From contig CAXXUK010000002.1 in assembly GCA_963665125.2 (NCBI GenBank), positions 832,001 through 896,000 on the forward strand: 64,000 nt of DNA, given 5' to 3'. Each line of letters starts with the position of its first letter. Position 1 is the first letter of the stretch. The notes under the pieces are model-generated. The model was given only the letters and a program-made list of their open reading frames with translations, had not been told where the DNA came from and searched no databases. Positions 8,158-16,746 of the stretch are shown here, piece after piece. Made by a program: the position numbers and the translations under genes. Origin of the DNA: an uncultured Desulfarculus sp. (GTDB lineage: Bacteria > Desulfobacterota > Desulfarculia > Desulfarculales > Desulfarculaceae).

Positions 8158-10583
8158 GCCGCCGGGCATTGTAGTTCCTCTTCTTGTTGGTCGTCATGGC
8201 TTAGGGGTCTGCGGCGGTCGCGCACGAATGAATTGCCGCTGATGCTTTTGGCGTAGCATTTGATTTCGGCGGCCCGGTGGCCGATCTGCTGGAGATCGCA
8301 CCTGCCCGCGCAGTCGACAATGCCCAGGGAGACCGAGACCAGGTTGTATCTGGCCATGACGCCGTCGCGGCCTTTGGCCATGACATAACCGGCCGCCGCG
8401 TCCTTTTCGTTGTATAGATCCGGCACCAGGCGCTTGAAACAGCGCACCACGGCTTGGCAGACGCGCTCGGCCCGGTTCTGGGCGCAGATCACCACGAAAT
8501 CGTCGCCGCCTACGTGACCCACAAAATTGAAGTCCGGGGCGTGACGCTTCACGGCCCAGGTCAGGATATGGGCCATCAGGTTGATCATGCGGTCGCCGGC
8601 CTTGAAGCCGTAGGTGTCGTTGTAGACCTTGAAATGGTCCAGGTCCACATAGATGAAGCTCACCGGCTCGTCCTTGCCGCAGTGGCGCTCTATTTCCCGC
8701 TCCAGGGTCAATCCGCCGGGCAGGCCGGTGAGCGGGCTGGCGCCCTTGGCCATTTCCACCTGGACCCTGGCCAGGGCGTCGAGGATCTTCTGCACGCTGA
8801 CCAGGCCGTGAGCTTTGCCGTTTTCGGTGACGATGACGTGGTCGTATATCTTGAACCGGTCGCGGCTCATGGCCAGCTTGGCCACGTCCTCCACGGGCTG
8901 GCCGCCGTCGACGATGAGGGGGAACTGGTCCATGACCAGATCAACGCTGCGGTCAAAATAAAGGGCCGTGCCGTACTGGGTGCCCAGTTGGCGGTCCAGG
9001 GCGTGGCTCATGACCAGGCCCACGGGCCGGTTGTCGTCGACCACCACCACGCTGCTGATAGGGTTGTTGTCCAACAGGGTCTTGATGTCGCGGACCTTGG
9101 CCGCAGGGTGCACCTGGGGTCCGGGCTCGGCCAGTTCGCGCACCGGTATGGAGCATTTCCAGTTGGGGTCGCTGCCGTTTTTGCGGGTGCGGTGAGCCGA
9201 AATGTCCACGGGATAGGGCTTGGGGCTGGCCGGGCGGGCCAGATAATAGCCCTGGCCGTAGTGCACGCCCATGGAGCAGAGGCAGGAGAGCTCGGTTTCG
9301 GTCTCTATGCCTTCGGCGATGATGGCGCTGCCGATCTTGTTGGCCAGGGTCACCAGTGCCTCCAATAGGGCCCGCTGCACCGGGTTGGAGTCGATTCCCC
9401 GCACCAGGGACATGTCGGCCTTGATGTAGTCGGGCCGCAGGTTGGCTATGCGCGACAGGCCGCTGTAGCCGGTGCCCGCGTCGTCGATGGCCACCTGGAA
9501 GCCCTGGGAGCGGTAGTGCTCCAGGGTGCGATAAAACAGCGTGAAATCGTGGATGGAGTGGCGCTCGGTGATCTCGAAGACCACGTTGGCCGGTTCCAGG
9601 CCGTGTTTTTTGAGAAGCCTTTTGGTCTCACCTGCCCGGAAATTGGGGTCTGCCAGAGTCTGTGGGTGGATGTTGACAAACAGCTTTTGGTGGGGTTGCA
9701 GGCCTTCCAGGCGGCGGATGGCCTGCTCCCGGCAGGTTTTCTCCAGATGGAACAGCGAGCCCGTCTCCTCGGCAAAGTCGAACATCATGATCGGAGACTG
9801 GAAGTAACTGCCCTGGGGGCCCCTGGCCAGGGCCTCCCAGCCCAGGGGCTGGCCCGAAGCCAGATCCACGATGGGCTGGTATACGGCGTTGATCTTGGGC
9901 GTTTCGATAAGCTTGCGGAATTCGGTTAGCAGGCTCAAGCCCTCCTGGTTCAACAGATCGGCGGCCACCAGGCGGGCCTGGTTCAAGGCCTGGTTGAACC
10001 AGGCGTCAATGTCCTGGCCTTCGTAACGCGGCAGCATGGCGCAGCCGATTTCCAGGTCAAGGTGCTGGCCAGTAAGGCGCACGGCCTCCCGGTTGAGTTG
10101 AAAACGGGCGTCCATGCGCATCCGCAGGGCCCAATCGGTTATGGCCGCCCTGTTGGGATTTTGGCCGTTGACCAGAAAAACAAATTCATTGTCGGCCAAT
10201 GCGCCGAAATGAATCATGGATTCATTTGGCAGAAGACCGTTGGCGGTTCTTTGGAGAATGGAGTCGAGACTGCCCATTATCTGTTGGGCAGCGTCTTTAC
10301 CGTAAATGCCGGTAAATCGCTTGAAGCCCGGAATGTAGGCCAGCAGCAGGCCCAGGGATTTTTTTTCATCCGCGGCTTTTTGCAGACAGCATTGAATATC
10401 GTTTTGCAGGTTTAACGAAGATCCGCGCAGTGCAAGGCCGTGGCCCGTCACCCGCAGGGGAGAGAAATCTATAAACTTGCCGGTGGTATGGCTCGTAGCT
10501 TTGGGCATCAACACAACCGTGCTCGTATTGGGTATTCGTGAAGCGTCTTCTTGGCTGACGCGATACTGTTGTAGTACCGCCAC
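8154..10583 (-). CDS. c-di-GMP turnover protein: degenerate GGDEF-like N-terminus, EAL, CBS pair, GGDEF (GGDDF)
   Basis: YQPIVDL..WEALARGP, EITE, AIDDAGTGYS, IAEGIET (EAL); CBS repeats; SPLTGLPG, DLDHFKVYNDTYG and HVGGDDF; start codon uncertain. Confidence 0.9.
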   Translation of the reverse strand: MAVLQQYRVSQEDASRIPNTSTVVLMPKATSHTTGKFIDFSPLRVTGHGLALRGSSLNLQNDIQCCLQKAADEKKSLGLLLAYIPGFKRFTGIYGKDAAQQIMGSLDSILQRTANGLLPNESMIHFGALADNEFVFLVNGQNPNRAAITDWALRMRMDARFQLNREAVRLTGQHLDLEIGCAMLPRYEGQDIDAWFNQALNQARLVAADLLNQEGLSLLTEFRKLIETPKINAVYQPIVDLASGQPLGWEALARGPQGSYFQSPIMMFDFAEETGSLFHLEKTCREQAIRRLEGLQPHQKLFVNIHPQTLADPNFRAGETKRLLKKHGLEPANVVFEITERHSIHDFTLFYRTLEHYRSQGFQVAIDDAGTGYSGLSRIANLRPDYIKADMSLVRGIDSNPVQRALLEALVTLANKIGSAIIAEGIETETELSCLCSMGVHYGQGYYLARPASPKPYPVDISAHRTRKNGSDPNWKCSIPVRELAEPGPQVHPAAKVRDIKTLLDNNPISSVVVVDDNRPVGLVMSHALDRQLGTQYGTALYFDRSVDLVMDQFPLIVDGGQPVEDVAKLAMSRDRFKIYDHVIVTENGKAHGLVSVQKILDALARVQVEMAKGASPLTGLPGGLTLEREIERHCGKDEPVSFIYVDLDHFKVYNDTYGFKAGDRMINLMAHILTWAVKRHAPDFNFVGHVGGDDFVVICAQNRAERVCQAVVRCFKRLVPDLYNEKDAAAGYVMAKGRDGVMARYNLVSVSLGIVDCAGRCDLQQIGHRAAEIKCYAKSISGNSFVRDRRRPLSHDDQQEEELQCPAA

Positions 10584-10614
10584 GCTGATTGTGCATCGGT
10601 TGTGAGATGAAGTC

Positions 10615-10641
10615 GTTACGTCAGGGTGACAATTGAATGAA
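10615..10641 (-). promoter_or_regulatory. Pho-box-like array (three units at 11-bp period)
   Basis: Minus strand TTCAT-N6-GTCAC-N6-GTAAC, directly upstream of the EAL-CBS-GGDEF gene. Confidence 0.55.
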
Positions 10642-10661
10642 CATCCTGATGTACAAGCATA

Positions 10662-10877
10662 TTATTGATTGTCGGTCCGTTTCAGGAAAGCCCTGGCACC
10701 CTTTTCGCTCCGCAGGATCGTTACCAACTCCCAGCCTTCGGCGCCCAGGATGTTGAGGTATTCCACAAACCCGACAGGCTCAATGCTTTGGTTGCCGTTG
10801 GTGCTGATATCGGTCATGACGGTCCACATTTGATCGACCCACACCGACCGGTATTGCCAAGTCTGCCGTTGATTCAT
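10662..10877 (-). CDS. Small DUF4177-like protein
   Basis: WQYR...LNILGAEGWELV...FLKR pattern; GGAG before ATG 10877. Confidence 0.7.
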   Translation of the reverse strand: MNQRQTWQYRSVWVDQMWTVMTDISTNGNQSIEPVGFVEYLNILGAEGWELVTILRSEKGARAFLKRTDNQ

Positions 10878-11075
10878 TTGCCGCGCTCCAATGAAATGTG
10901 CCAAACAATATTGCAGCCTAACACAATTGGGCGCTACGGCCAACCAATGGCCGTGCGTGTTTGTTGGTGACTGTAACAAGGCGTAAATATGGGACAACCC
11001 GGCCCAAGGAAAATAAGGGCCCGGAGGTTGGCGGTCCAGGCCGCCGGGCTGGTCTTGGCGGCTTGTCCAATTCTG

Positions 11076-11690
11076 CTAGATGGACTTGCCGAAAACCGTT
11101 GCGATCAGTTCGGCCAGGCGCATCATATGGTTTTTGGCTTCTTCCTTGCTGCGGCCCGGATAATTGCGGTAGGTGATGACGATACCGTTCAGGGCGGCCA
11201 GCATGCCGTGGGCCATGAGCCTGATGCTGCCGTCGGCGCCGGCTTCTTTCAGGGCCCTTTCGATGATGTTCAGGGTGCCCACCTCCAGAGCGTTGAACTT
11301 GGTCAGTGATTCGTCGTTGATCTGACCGTCGATCATGAAATGGGTCATCATCTGGAAGAAGGCTTCGTTTTCGATGAGATAACGGACAAGTATCTTGCAG
11401 ACAGCCTTTACCGGATCATTGCCTTCGGTGGATTCCATGTAATCGGCAAAGACCTTGGTAATGGCGTTGTTTTCCCTGATGAAGGCCTCGACGAACAGTT
11501 CGTCGCGATCGGCGAAATAACGGTACAGCGAGGCGGCGCTCATGCCCGCTTCTGCGGCGATATCGCGCATGCCAACCTGTTTGAAGGGCATCGAGGAGAA
11601 GAGTTTTACGGCGGCGTCCAGGATAAGGTTGCGGCGCGCCTCCCGTTCTTCCTGACGCATTTTTTCCAGCGTGTTTTTTAGTTCGCTCAT
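11076..11690 (-). CDS. TetR/AcrR family transcriptional regulator
   Basis: ILDAAVKLF...VGMRDIAAEAGMSAASLYRYFADRDEL helix-turn-helix; start at MSELK. Confidence 0.9.
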   Translation of the reverse strand: MSELKNTLEKMRQEEREARRNLILDAAVKLFSSMPFKQVGMRDIAAEAGMSAASLYRYFADRDELFVEAFIRENNAITKVFADYMESTEGNDPVKAVCKILVRYLIENEAFFQMMTHFMIDGQINDESLTKFNALEVGTLNIIERALKEAGADGSIRLMAHGMLAALNGIVITYRNYPGRSKEEAKNHMMRLAELIATVFGKSI

Positions 11691-12258
11691 CGGTAAAAAG
11701 TCCCCAGCGGATGATAGCCGACGCAGGCCCGATATCAGCAATTGTCAGGTTCCAATGGGTGTTAGGCTATTATTGCGTCCTGCGCCTGTTAATAAACAAT
11801 AAAATAACTTACATAGCATATTCATGGAGGCCATGTAAAGTCCCTAACTATAGCAAGGCATAGGCACATGAGCAAATAATCTGTTGGCGGCCGGGCATCT
11901 TCGTTCCCCACTTTGGGGCGGCGGCCTGCCGCATGACCTGGGGCTGGCCGGCGATATAAACGTTGGAGTGTTTAATCAAAACCAGCCCGCCGTAAAAGCG
12001 CCTATCGCCTCGCTCGTGCTGAACATTGTTCCACGTTAGCCCTGAATCGTTACTATGGCAAGAAATAGGTATATGCGGTAGTTATTGTTTTTCGGGTTGC
12101 ATTAGTGCTAAAATATTAAAATAACAACTATTATTGATGGTTAAATTATTTTGAGCAATTAGAAAGGCTGCCGCTGTTTGTTGGCGCGCTTGGAGGGGGA
12201 ATGACCTCCCGAAAGGCCCGACGGACGGAGGCCAAGGCCATCCGGCCAGGCCGGATCC

Positions 12259-12483
12259 TCATCCGCCGCCCAGAGGCGGGTACAAGGTGAGATTGTCGCC
12301 CTCGGCCAGGGCCTGTTCAAAGGTGGCGTCGGCCCGGTTGACCACGATGATGCCCACGCGGTCCCGGCCGATGCCCAGCAGGTCGATGAGCTGGCCGGTG
12401 GTGTAGCCCCTGGGCGCGAAGATGTCGGCGCTGTCGAAATGGCCTTTGCTCAGAATCGATTGCAGGCGCACCGAGATTTTCAT
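12259..12483 (-). CDS. MoaD/ThiS family sulfur carrier protein
   Basis: 74 aa ending in PPLGGG; ATGA overlap with the AOR stop codon. Confidence 0.85.
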   Translation of the reverse strand: MKISVRLQSILSKGHFDSADIFAPRGYTTGQLIDLLGIGRDRVGIIVVNRADATFEQALAEGDNLTLYPPLGGG

Positions 12484-14363
12484 CGCGCCGCCTCGCCGGC
12501 CAGCCAATCCAGGCCCAGTTCGATGAGCTTGGCCCTGGTGGGGCGGCCTTTTTCGTCCCAGCCCATCATGCCGTAATACAGCTCCAAGGCCTCGGCAAGC
12601 TCCTGCTCGGTGATGCATTTGCCCTTTAGCGGGCCTTCGGGCATGGGCTGGTGCCAGCGCCGGATCAGCCTGTCGTCCGCCGCGTCAAAACCCATGCGCA
12701 CGTTGAACATACGGCTCAAGGTCATTGAGCGTTCCGAAGCCAGGGCGATTTCGTAGAGGCTGGTGTCCCAGCCGGTGATGGCCCGCACTGCCTCAACCAG
12801 CTTTTCAAAGGTCATGGCTCCGATGGGCACCGAGGCGAAGTTGCACAGGCCCAGCACGTTGTTGATGCCCCAGGCCTTTTGGCCGGTGACGAAAAAACGC
12901 GTCTTGGCCGCGTCGGTGACCGTGGGCTCAACAGGCTCCAGCAGGCCCAGGGGATGGAGTTTGGCAATGCCTTCCCCGGCAAAGGCCACGTCATGGGGCG
13001 TCTCGATGTGGTCGGCCCCGGTGCTGCTGACGGCGTAGCCCAGGGCCATGCCCGTTTTGCCCCGGCCGTCGTGCAGGGGCAGTTCCGAGCCCTTGATGTG
13101 GAAGGCGTATTTCTCGGCCCCGCCTCCGATGATCTCGGCGGCCGTTTTCACGCCAAGGGCCAGGGTGTCGCCGATTCCCCGGCGGAGGGCGATCTGCTCA
13201 ATGAGCCAGAGCATGCCCCCGGCATCGCCGAAGTGCATGTCCCGGCCATCGAAGTCGGCCTTGGTCAGGACGGCGTTTTCAAAGCATTCCATGGCAAAGG
13301 CCACCGCGCACCCGGCGGCGATGACGTCCAGGCCCAGAAGGTTGCAGAGCTGGTTGGCCCTGGCCACGGCGGCGATGTTGTTTACGCAGGTCAACGAGCC
13401 CATGGCACCGATGGCCTCGAACTCCGGGCCGCCCCAGTTTTTATTCAGGGGATAGGGCCCGCCGGCCTCCACCCGCCGTTTGCAGCGCACCGTGCAGGCA
13501 TAGCAGGTGTGGCTGGAGTGGAAGATCTTTTCATAGGCGTCCCAGGTGATGCCCTCGAACCCGCTGAAAACGCCATGCTTGAAGTTTTTGGTGGGCAGCA
13601 TGCCCGCGTCGTTGAGGGCCCTCACCAGGTATGAGGTGCCCTGGTTGCGTAGGATGATGTTGGGCGGATGCGCCTTGATCCGGGCGTTGTGCCAGCGGGC
13701 TATCTCCCTGACCTTGTCCGGATCGGCGTACTCCGGCTTGGCCGATCCCTCAACGGCCACGGCCTTGAGGTTTTTGGAGCCCATCACCGCGCCCAGGCCG
13801 CAACGGCCGTTGGCGTGCTCCAGGTTGTTCATGATGTTGGCCGTCAGCACCAGGTTTTCGCCCGCCGGGCCGATGGACAAGACCTTGGCCTTTTTGCGGC
13901 CCAACTCGGCCTTGATGCCCTCCTGGGCCTGCCAGTTGTCCTTGCCCCAATGGGCGGCGGCGTCGCGGATCTCGACGTCGCCGTCGTTGATCCACAGGTA
14001 CACGGGCCTGGGCGATCTGCCCCGGATGACGACGGCGTCGAACCCGGCGAATTTCAGCTCCGGGCCCCAGTAGCCCCCGGCCTCTGATTCGCCGAAGGCC
14101 CCGGTGAGCGGCGAGCGGGCCGCAGCGGTGTAGCGGCTGTAGCCGGAAAGCGGCGCGCCGGTTACCACGCTGCCGGCCAGGATCAGCGGGTTGTCCGGGC
14201 CCAGGGGGTCGGTTTCGGGCGTCACCTCGTTCAGCAGAAAATAAGAGGCGAAGTTGGAGCCGCCCATGTAGCGGCGGTACCAGTCTTCGGGTGGCGTGTC
14301 CACACGCCACGAGCCGGTGCCGAGGTCGACATGCAGGATTTTGCCGTTATAGCCAAAGGGCAT
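12480..14363 (-). CDS. aor: Aldehyde:ferredoxin oxidoreductase family (tungsten pterin) protein
   Basis: SPLTG..GES.AGG, GAVMGSKNLKAV, CYACTVRC, GPEFE and GADH motifs. Confidence 0.9.
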   Translation of the reverse strand: MPFGYNGKILHVDLGTGSWRVDTPPEDWYRRYMGGSNFASYFLLNEVTPETDPLGPDNPLILAGSVVTGAPLSGYSRYTAAARSPLTGAFGESEAGGYWGPELKFAGFDAVVIRGRSPRPVYLWINDGDVEIRDAAAHWGKDNWQAQEGIKAELGRKKAKVLSIGPAGENLVLTANIMNNLEHANGRCGLGAVMGSKNLKAVAVEGSAKPEYADPDKVREIARWHNARIKAHPPNIILRNQGTSYLVRALNDAGMLPTKNFKHGVFSGFEGITWDAYEKIFHSSHTCYACTVRCKRRVEAGGPYPLNKNWGGPEFEAIGAMGSLTCVNNIAAVARANQLCNLLGLDVIAAGCAVAFAMECFENAVLTKADFDGRDMHFGDAGGMLWLIEQIALRRGIGDTLALGVKTAAEIIGGGAEKYAFHIKGSELPLHDGRGKTGMALGYAVSSTGADHIETPHDVAFAGEGIAKLHPLGLLEPVEPTVTDAAKTRFFVTGQKAWGINNVLGLCNFASVPIGAMTFEKLVEAVRAITGWDTSLYEIALASERSMTLSRMFNVRMGFDAADDRLIRRWHQPMPEGPLKGKCITEQELAEALELYYGMMGWDEKGRPTRAKLIELGLDWLAGEAAR

Positions 14364-14506
14364 GATTTCAAGTCCGTGTTGTTTGAGCTGGCGGCAGCCT
14401 TGACGATGGCTGCTGATAATATTAACGGCCGCGGCCTCGACTTGTCAGGCGCAAACCGCGCGAGCTGAAAACTCCGCAAGGATGTGATATTGTAACGTAT
14501 ACTGAC

Positions 14507-14516
14507 TGACCGGTCA
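14507..14516. promoter_or_regulatory. Palindromic operator candidate (TetR-like) between divergent aor and PLP-lyase genes
   Basis: Perfect palindrome TGACCGGTCA within ACTGACTGACCGGTCAACCA. Confidence 0.45.
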
Positions 14517-14679
14517 ACCATATGAAATGTCTAATGTTTTCAACTAATAAGAAAAATGTGGTTGTTTTGATTGGCTTGGATGTGTAGTGTATTAGCCACA
14601 AAATGGCGGCAGATAAAGAAGGCGCCGCCGGTTGCTGCACCCTCTGGTTTCCGGTCAAAAAAAGCAAAGGGAGTAGTAG

Positions 14680-16125
14680 ATGATCAGGATTCCCGACAAA
14701 GGAAAATCCAAGGACCAGGTGTTATCAGAGCTGGCTTCCTTTGGGGCCAAGGACTTGGACACCAAGGGTGGCGGCACCTGGGCCTATGTCTATGACCACG
14801 GCCTGGCCGATGTGGACGAGGTGGGCAAGCAGGCCTACGTGATGTATTTGTCCCAAAACGGCCTGGACCCCACGGTGTACCCCAGCCTGCTTAGGCTGGA
14901 GACCGAGTTGGCCTCCATGGCCGCTTCCCACCTGGGCGGCGATTCCCGGGTGGTGGGCAACTTCACCAGCGGCGGCACCGAAAGCCTGATCCTGGCCGTC
15001 AAGACGGCTCGGGACTGGGCCAGGGCCAAAAAACCGCACATCAAAAAGCCGGAGATGATTCTGCCCACCACGGCCCACGCGGCCTTTCACAAGGCGGGCA
15101 AATATTTGGGCGTGGAGATCGTCCTGGCGCCGGTGGATCCGCTGACCTTCAAGGCCGACATCGCGGCAACCGAGGCGGCCATCACCGAAAACACCATCCT
15201 GCTGGTGGGCTCGGCCGTCAGCTATGCCCACGGCGTGACAGACCCCATCGCCGAACTGGGTCAGCTGGCTCTTAAAAACAATATCCTGCTGCATGTGGAC
15301 GGCTGCATCGGCGGCTTCATGCTGCCGTATTACAAGCAACTGGGCGTGGACATAACGCCATTCGACTTCAGCGTGCCCGGCGTGACCAGCATGTCCATGG
15401 ACTGGCACAAGTACGCCTATTGCCCCAAGGGCGCGTCGGTGGTCTTGTACAAGAACAAGGACTTGCGGCGCTATCAGATCTTCGCCTGCGCCAACTGGAC
15501 CGGCTACACCATCATCAACAACGCAATCCAGTCCAGCAAGTCCGGCGGGCCCATGGCCGCGGCCTGGGCCGTCTTGAATCACATCGGCCAGGAAGGCTAT
15601 CTGGAGATCACCCGCCGCACCCTGGAGGCCACCCGCAAGATTATTGCCGGGGTGGAGGCCATCGACGGCCTGGAGGTCATGGGCAGGCCCGAGCTTTGCC
15701 TGGTGGCCTTCAGTTCGGACACGGTCAACGTCTTCGAAGTCATCGACGAGATGAAGCTGCGGGGCTGGTATGTGCAGCCCCAGCTGCGCTACCCCGGCTC
15801 CAGCGAAAACATCCACCTCACCGTCACGGGGGTGAGCCTGGACCGCTGCGAGGCCATGCTGGCCGACCTGGCCCAATGCGTGGAGATCGCCCGACCCAAG
15901 GGTTGCCCGGATTGGGACGAACTGGGCGCCGGTTTCGCCAATTTCGATCCGGCCAAGATCGAGCCCGATGATATCATGGCCCTGATGGCCGGGGCTGGGG
16001 TGGACCCGGCCAACCTGCCCCAGCGCATGGCCGAGATCAACGGCCTGTTGAACGCCATGAGCCCGGCTCTGCGCGAGGTGGTGCTTACCGGGTTCTTGAA
16101 CGACATGTTCGGGCCGGTGGCCTGA
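14680..16125 (+). CDS. Sphingosine-1-phosphate lyase-like PLP-dependent enzyme (group II decarboxylase superfamily)
   Basis: NGLDPTVYPSL, TSGGTES, TAHAAFHKA, HVDGCIGGF and SMSMDWHKYAYCPKGAS (PLP-lysine) motifs; GGGAG RBS. Confidence 0.8.
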   Translation: MIRIPDKGKSKDQVLSELASFGAKDLDTKGGGTWAYVYDHGLADVDEVGKQAYVMYLSQNGLDPTVYPSLLRLETELASMAASHLGGDSRVVGNFTSGGTESLILAVKTARDWARAKKPHIKKPEMILPTTAHAAFHKAGKYLGVEIVLAPVDPLTFKADIAATEAAITENTILLVGSAVSYAHGVTDPIAELGQLALKNNILLHVDGCIGGFMLPYYKQLGVDITPFDFSVPGVTSMSMDWHKYAYCPKGASVVLYKNKDLRRYQIFACANWTGYTIINNAIQSSKSGGPMAAAWAVLNHIGQEGYLEITRRTLEATRKIIAGVEAIDGLEVMGRPELCLVAFSSDTVNVFEVIDEMKLRGWYVQPQLRYPGSSENIHLTVTGVSLDRCEAMLADLAQCVEIARPKGCPDWDELGAGFANFDPAKIEPDDIMALMAGAGVDPANLPQRMAEINGLLNAMSPALREVVLTGFLNDMFGPVA

Positions 16126-16134
16126 TACGCTATT

Positions 16135-16293
16135 GGCAGGATGTTGAAATAGTCCGTCCTAGACTTTTTCAACCGCTACTTGGCAAAAGCGTGGTTTTGC
16201 CAAGTAGCTAAATTTGCTTGTTTTTGCAAAACCGCGCAAATTGGCGGGCCGTCCATGGCCCGCCTAGCAGGCTGTTTTTCAACAGCCTGCTAG
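16135..16293. mobile_element. MITE/REP-like non-autonomous element of about 160 bp
   Basis: Terminal inverted repeats GGCAGGATGTTGAAA / TTTCAACAGCCTGCT; four internal hairpins (16143-16173; perfect 14 bp at 16175-16208; 16243-16264; perfect 13 bp at 16264-16293); no ORF. Confidence 0.55.
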
Positions 16294-16315
16294 AGTCTAG
16301 ACGGAGACGGCAACG

Positions 16316-16732
16316 GTGAAGATACAAGGCCTGGAATTCCCGGATGAGCTTTTCTACGACGAAAACCATTATTGGCTGCGGGTGGATGACGGCGCGGCGG
16401 CCATGGGCATCGACGCCTACACCGCCCACATGGCCGGGGAGATAACCCACATCGATCTGCCCCAGGCCGGAATGGCCGTGGAAAAGGGCCGCCCCCTGGG
16501 CTCGGTGGAAAGCGGCAAATGGGTGGGCCGCATCTACGCGCCCGTATCGGGCAAGGTCACCGAGGTGAACACGCCCCTGGAAGACGCGCCCGAACAGATC
16601 AACGACGACCCCTACGCCCACTGGCTGTGCCGCATTGCCCCGGCCGACCTGAACGGTGAGCTGCCCGGCCTACTCAGGGGCGAGCCGCTCAAGCAGTTCA
16701 TCGAGGCCGAGCTGGCCCGCCTGGAAGACTAG
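16316..16732 (+). CDS. GcvH-like lipoate-binding protein (LbpA-type)
   Basis: YDENHYW, SVESGKWVGRIYAPVSGKV (lipoyl-Lys in the SGKW variant), INDDPY..W. Confidence 0.85.
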   Translation: MKIQGLEFPDELFYDENHYWLRVDDGAAAMGIDAYTAHMAGEITHIDLPQAGMAVEKGRPLGSVESGKWVGRIYAPVSGKVTEVNTPLEDAPEQINDDPYAHWLCRIAPADLNGELPGLLRGEPLKQFIEAELARLED

Positions 16733-16746
16733 ACAGGGGCGCGGCC

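Noticed and set aside
12021..12031. GAACATTGTTC palindrome upstream of the TetR gene
   Set aside because: Short, single and about 330 bp from the start codon; insufficient to call an operator
16316..16732. Canonical glycine cleavage operon
   Set aside because: No gcvT, gcvP or lpd in the window; the neighbours are lipoate assembly genes
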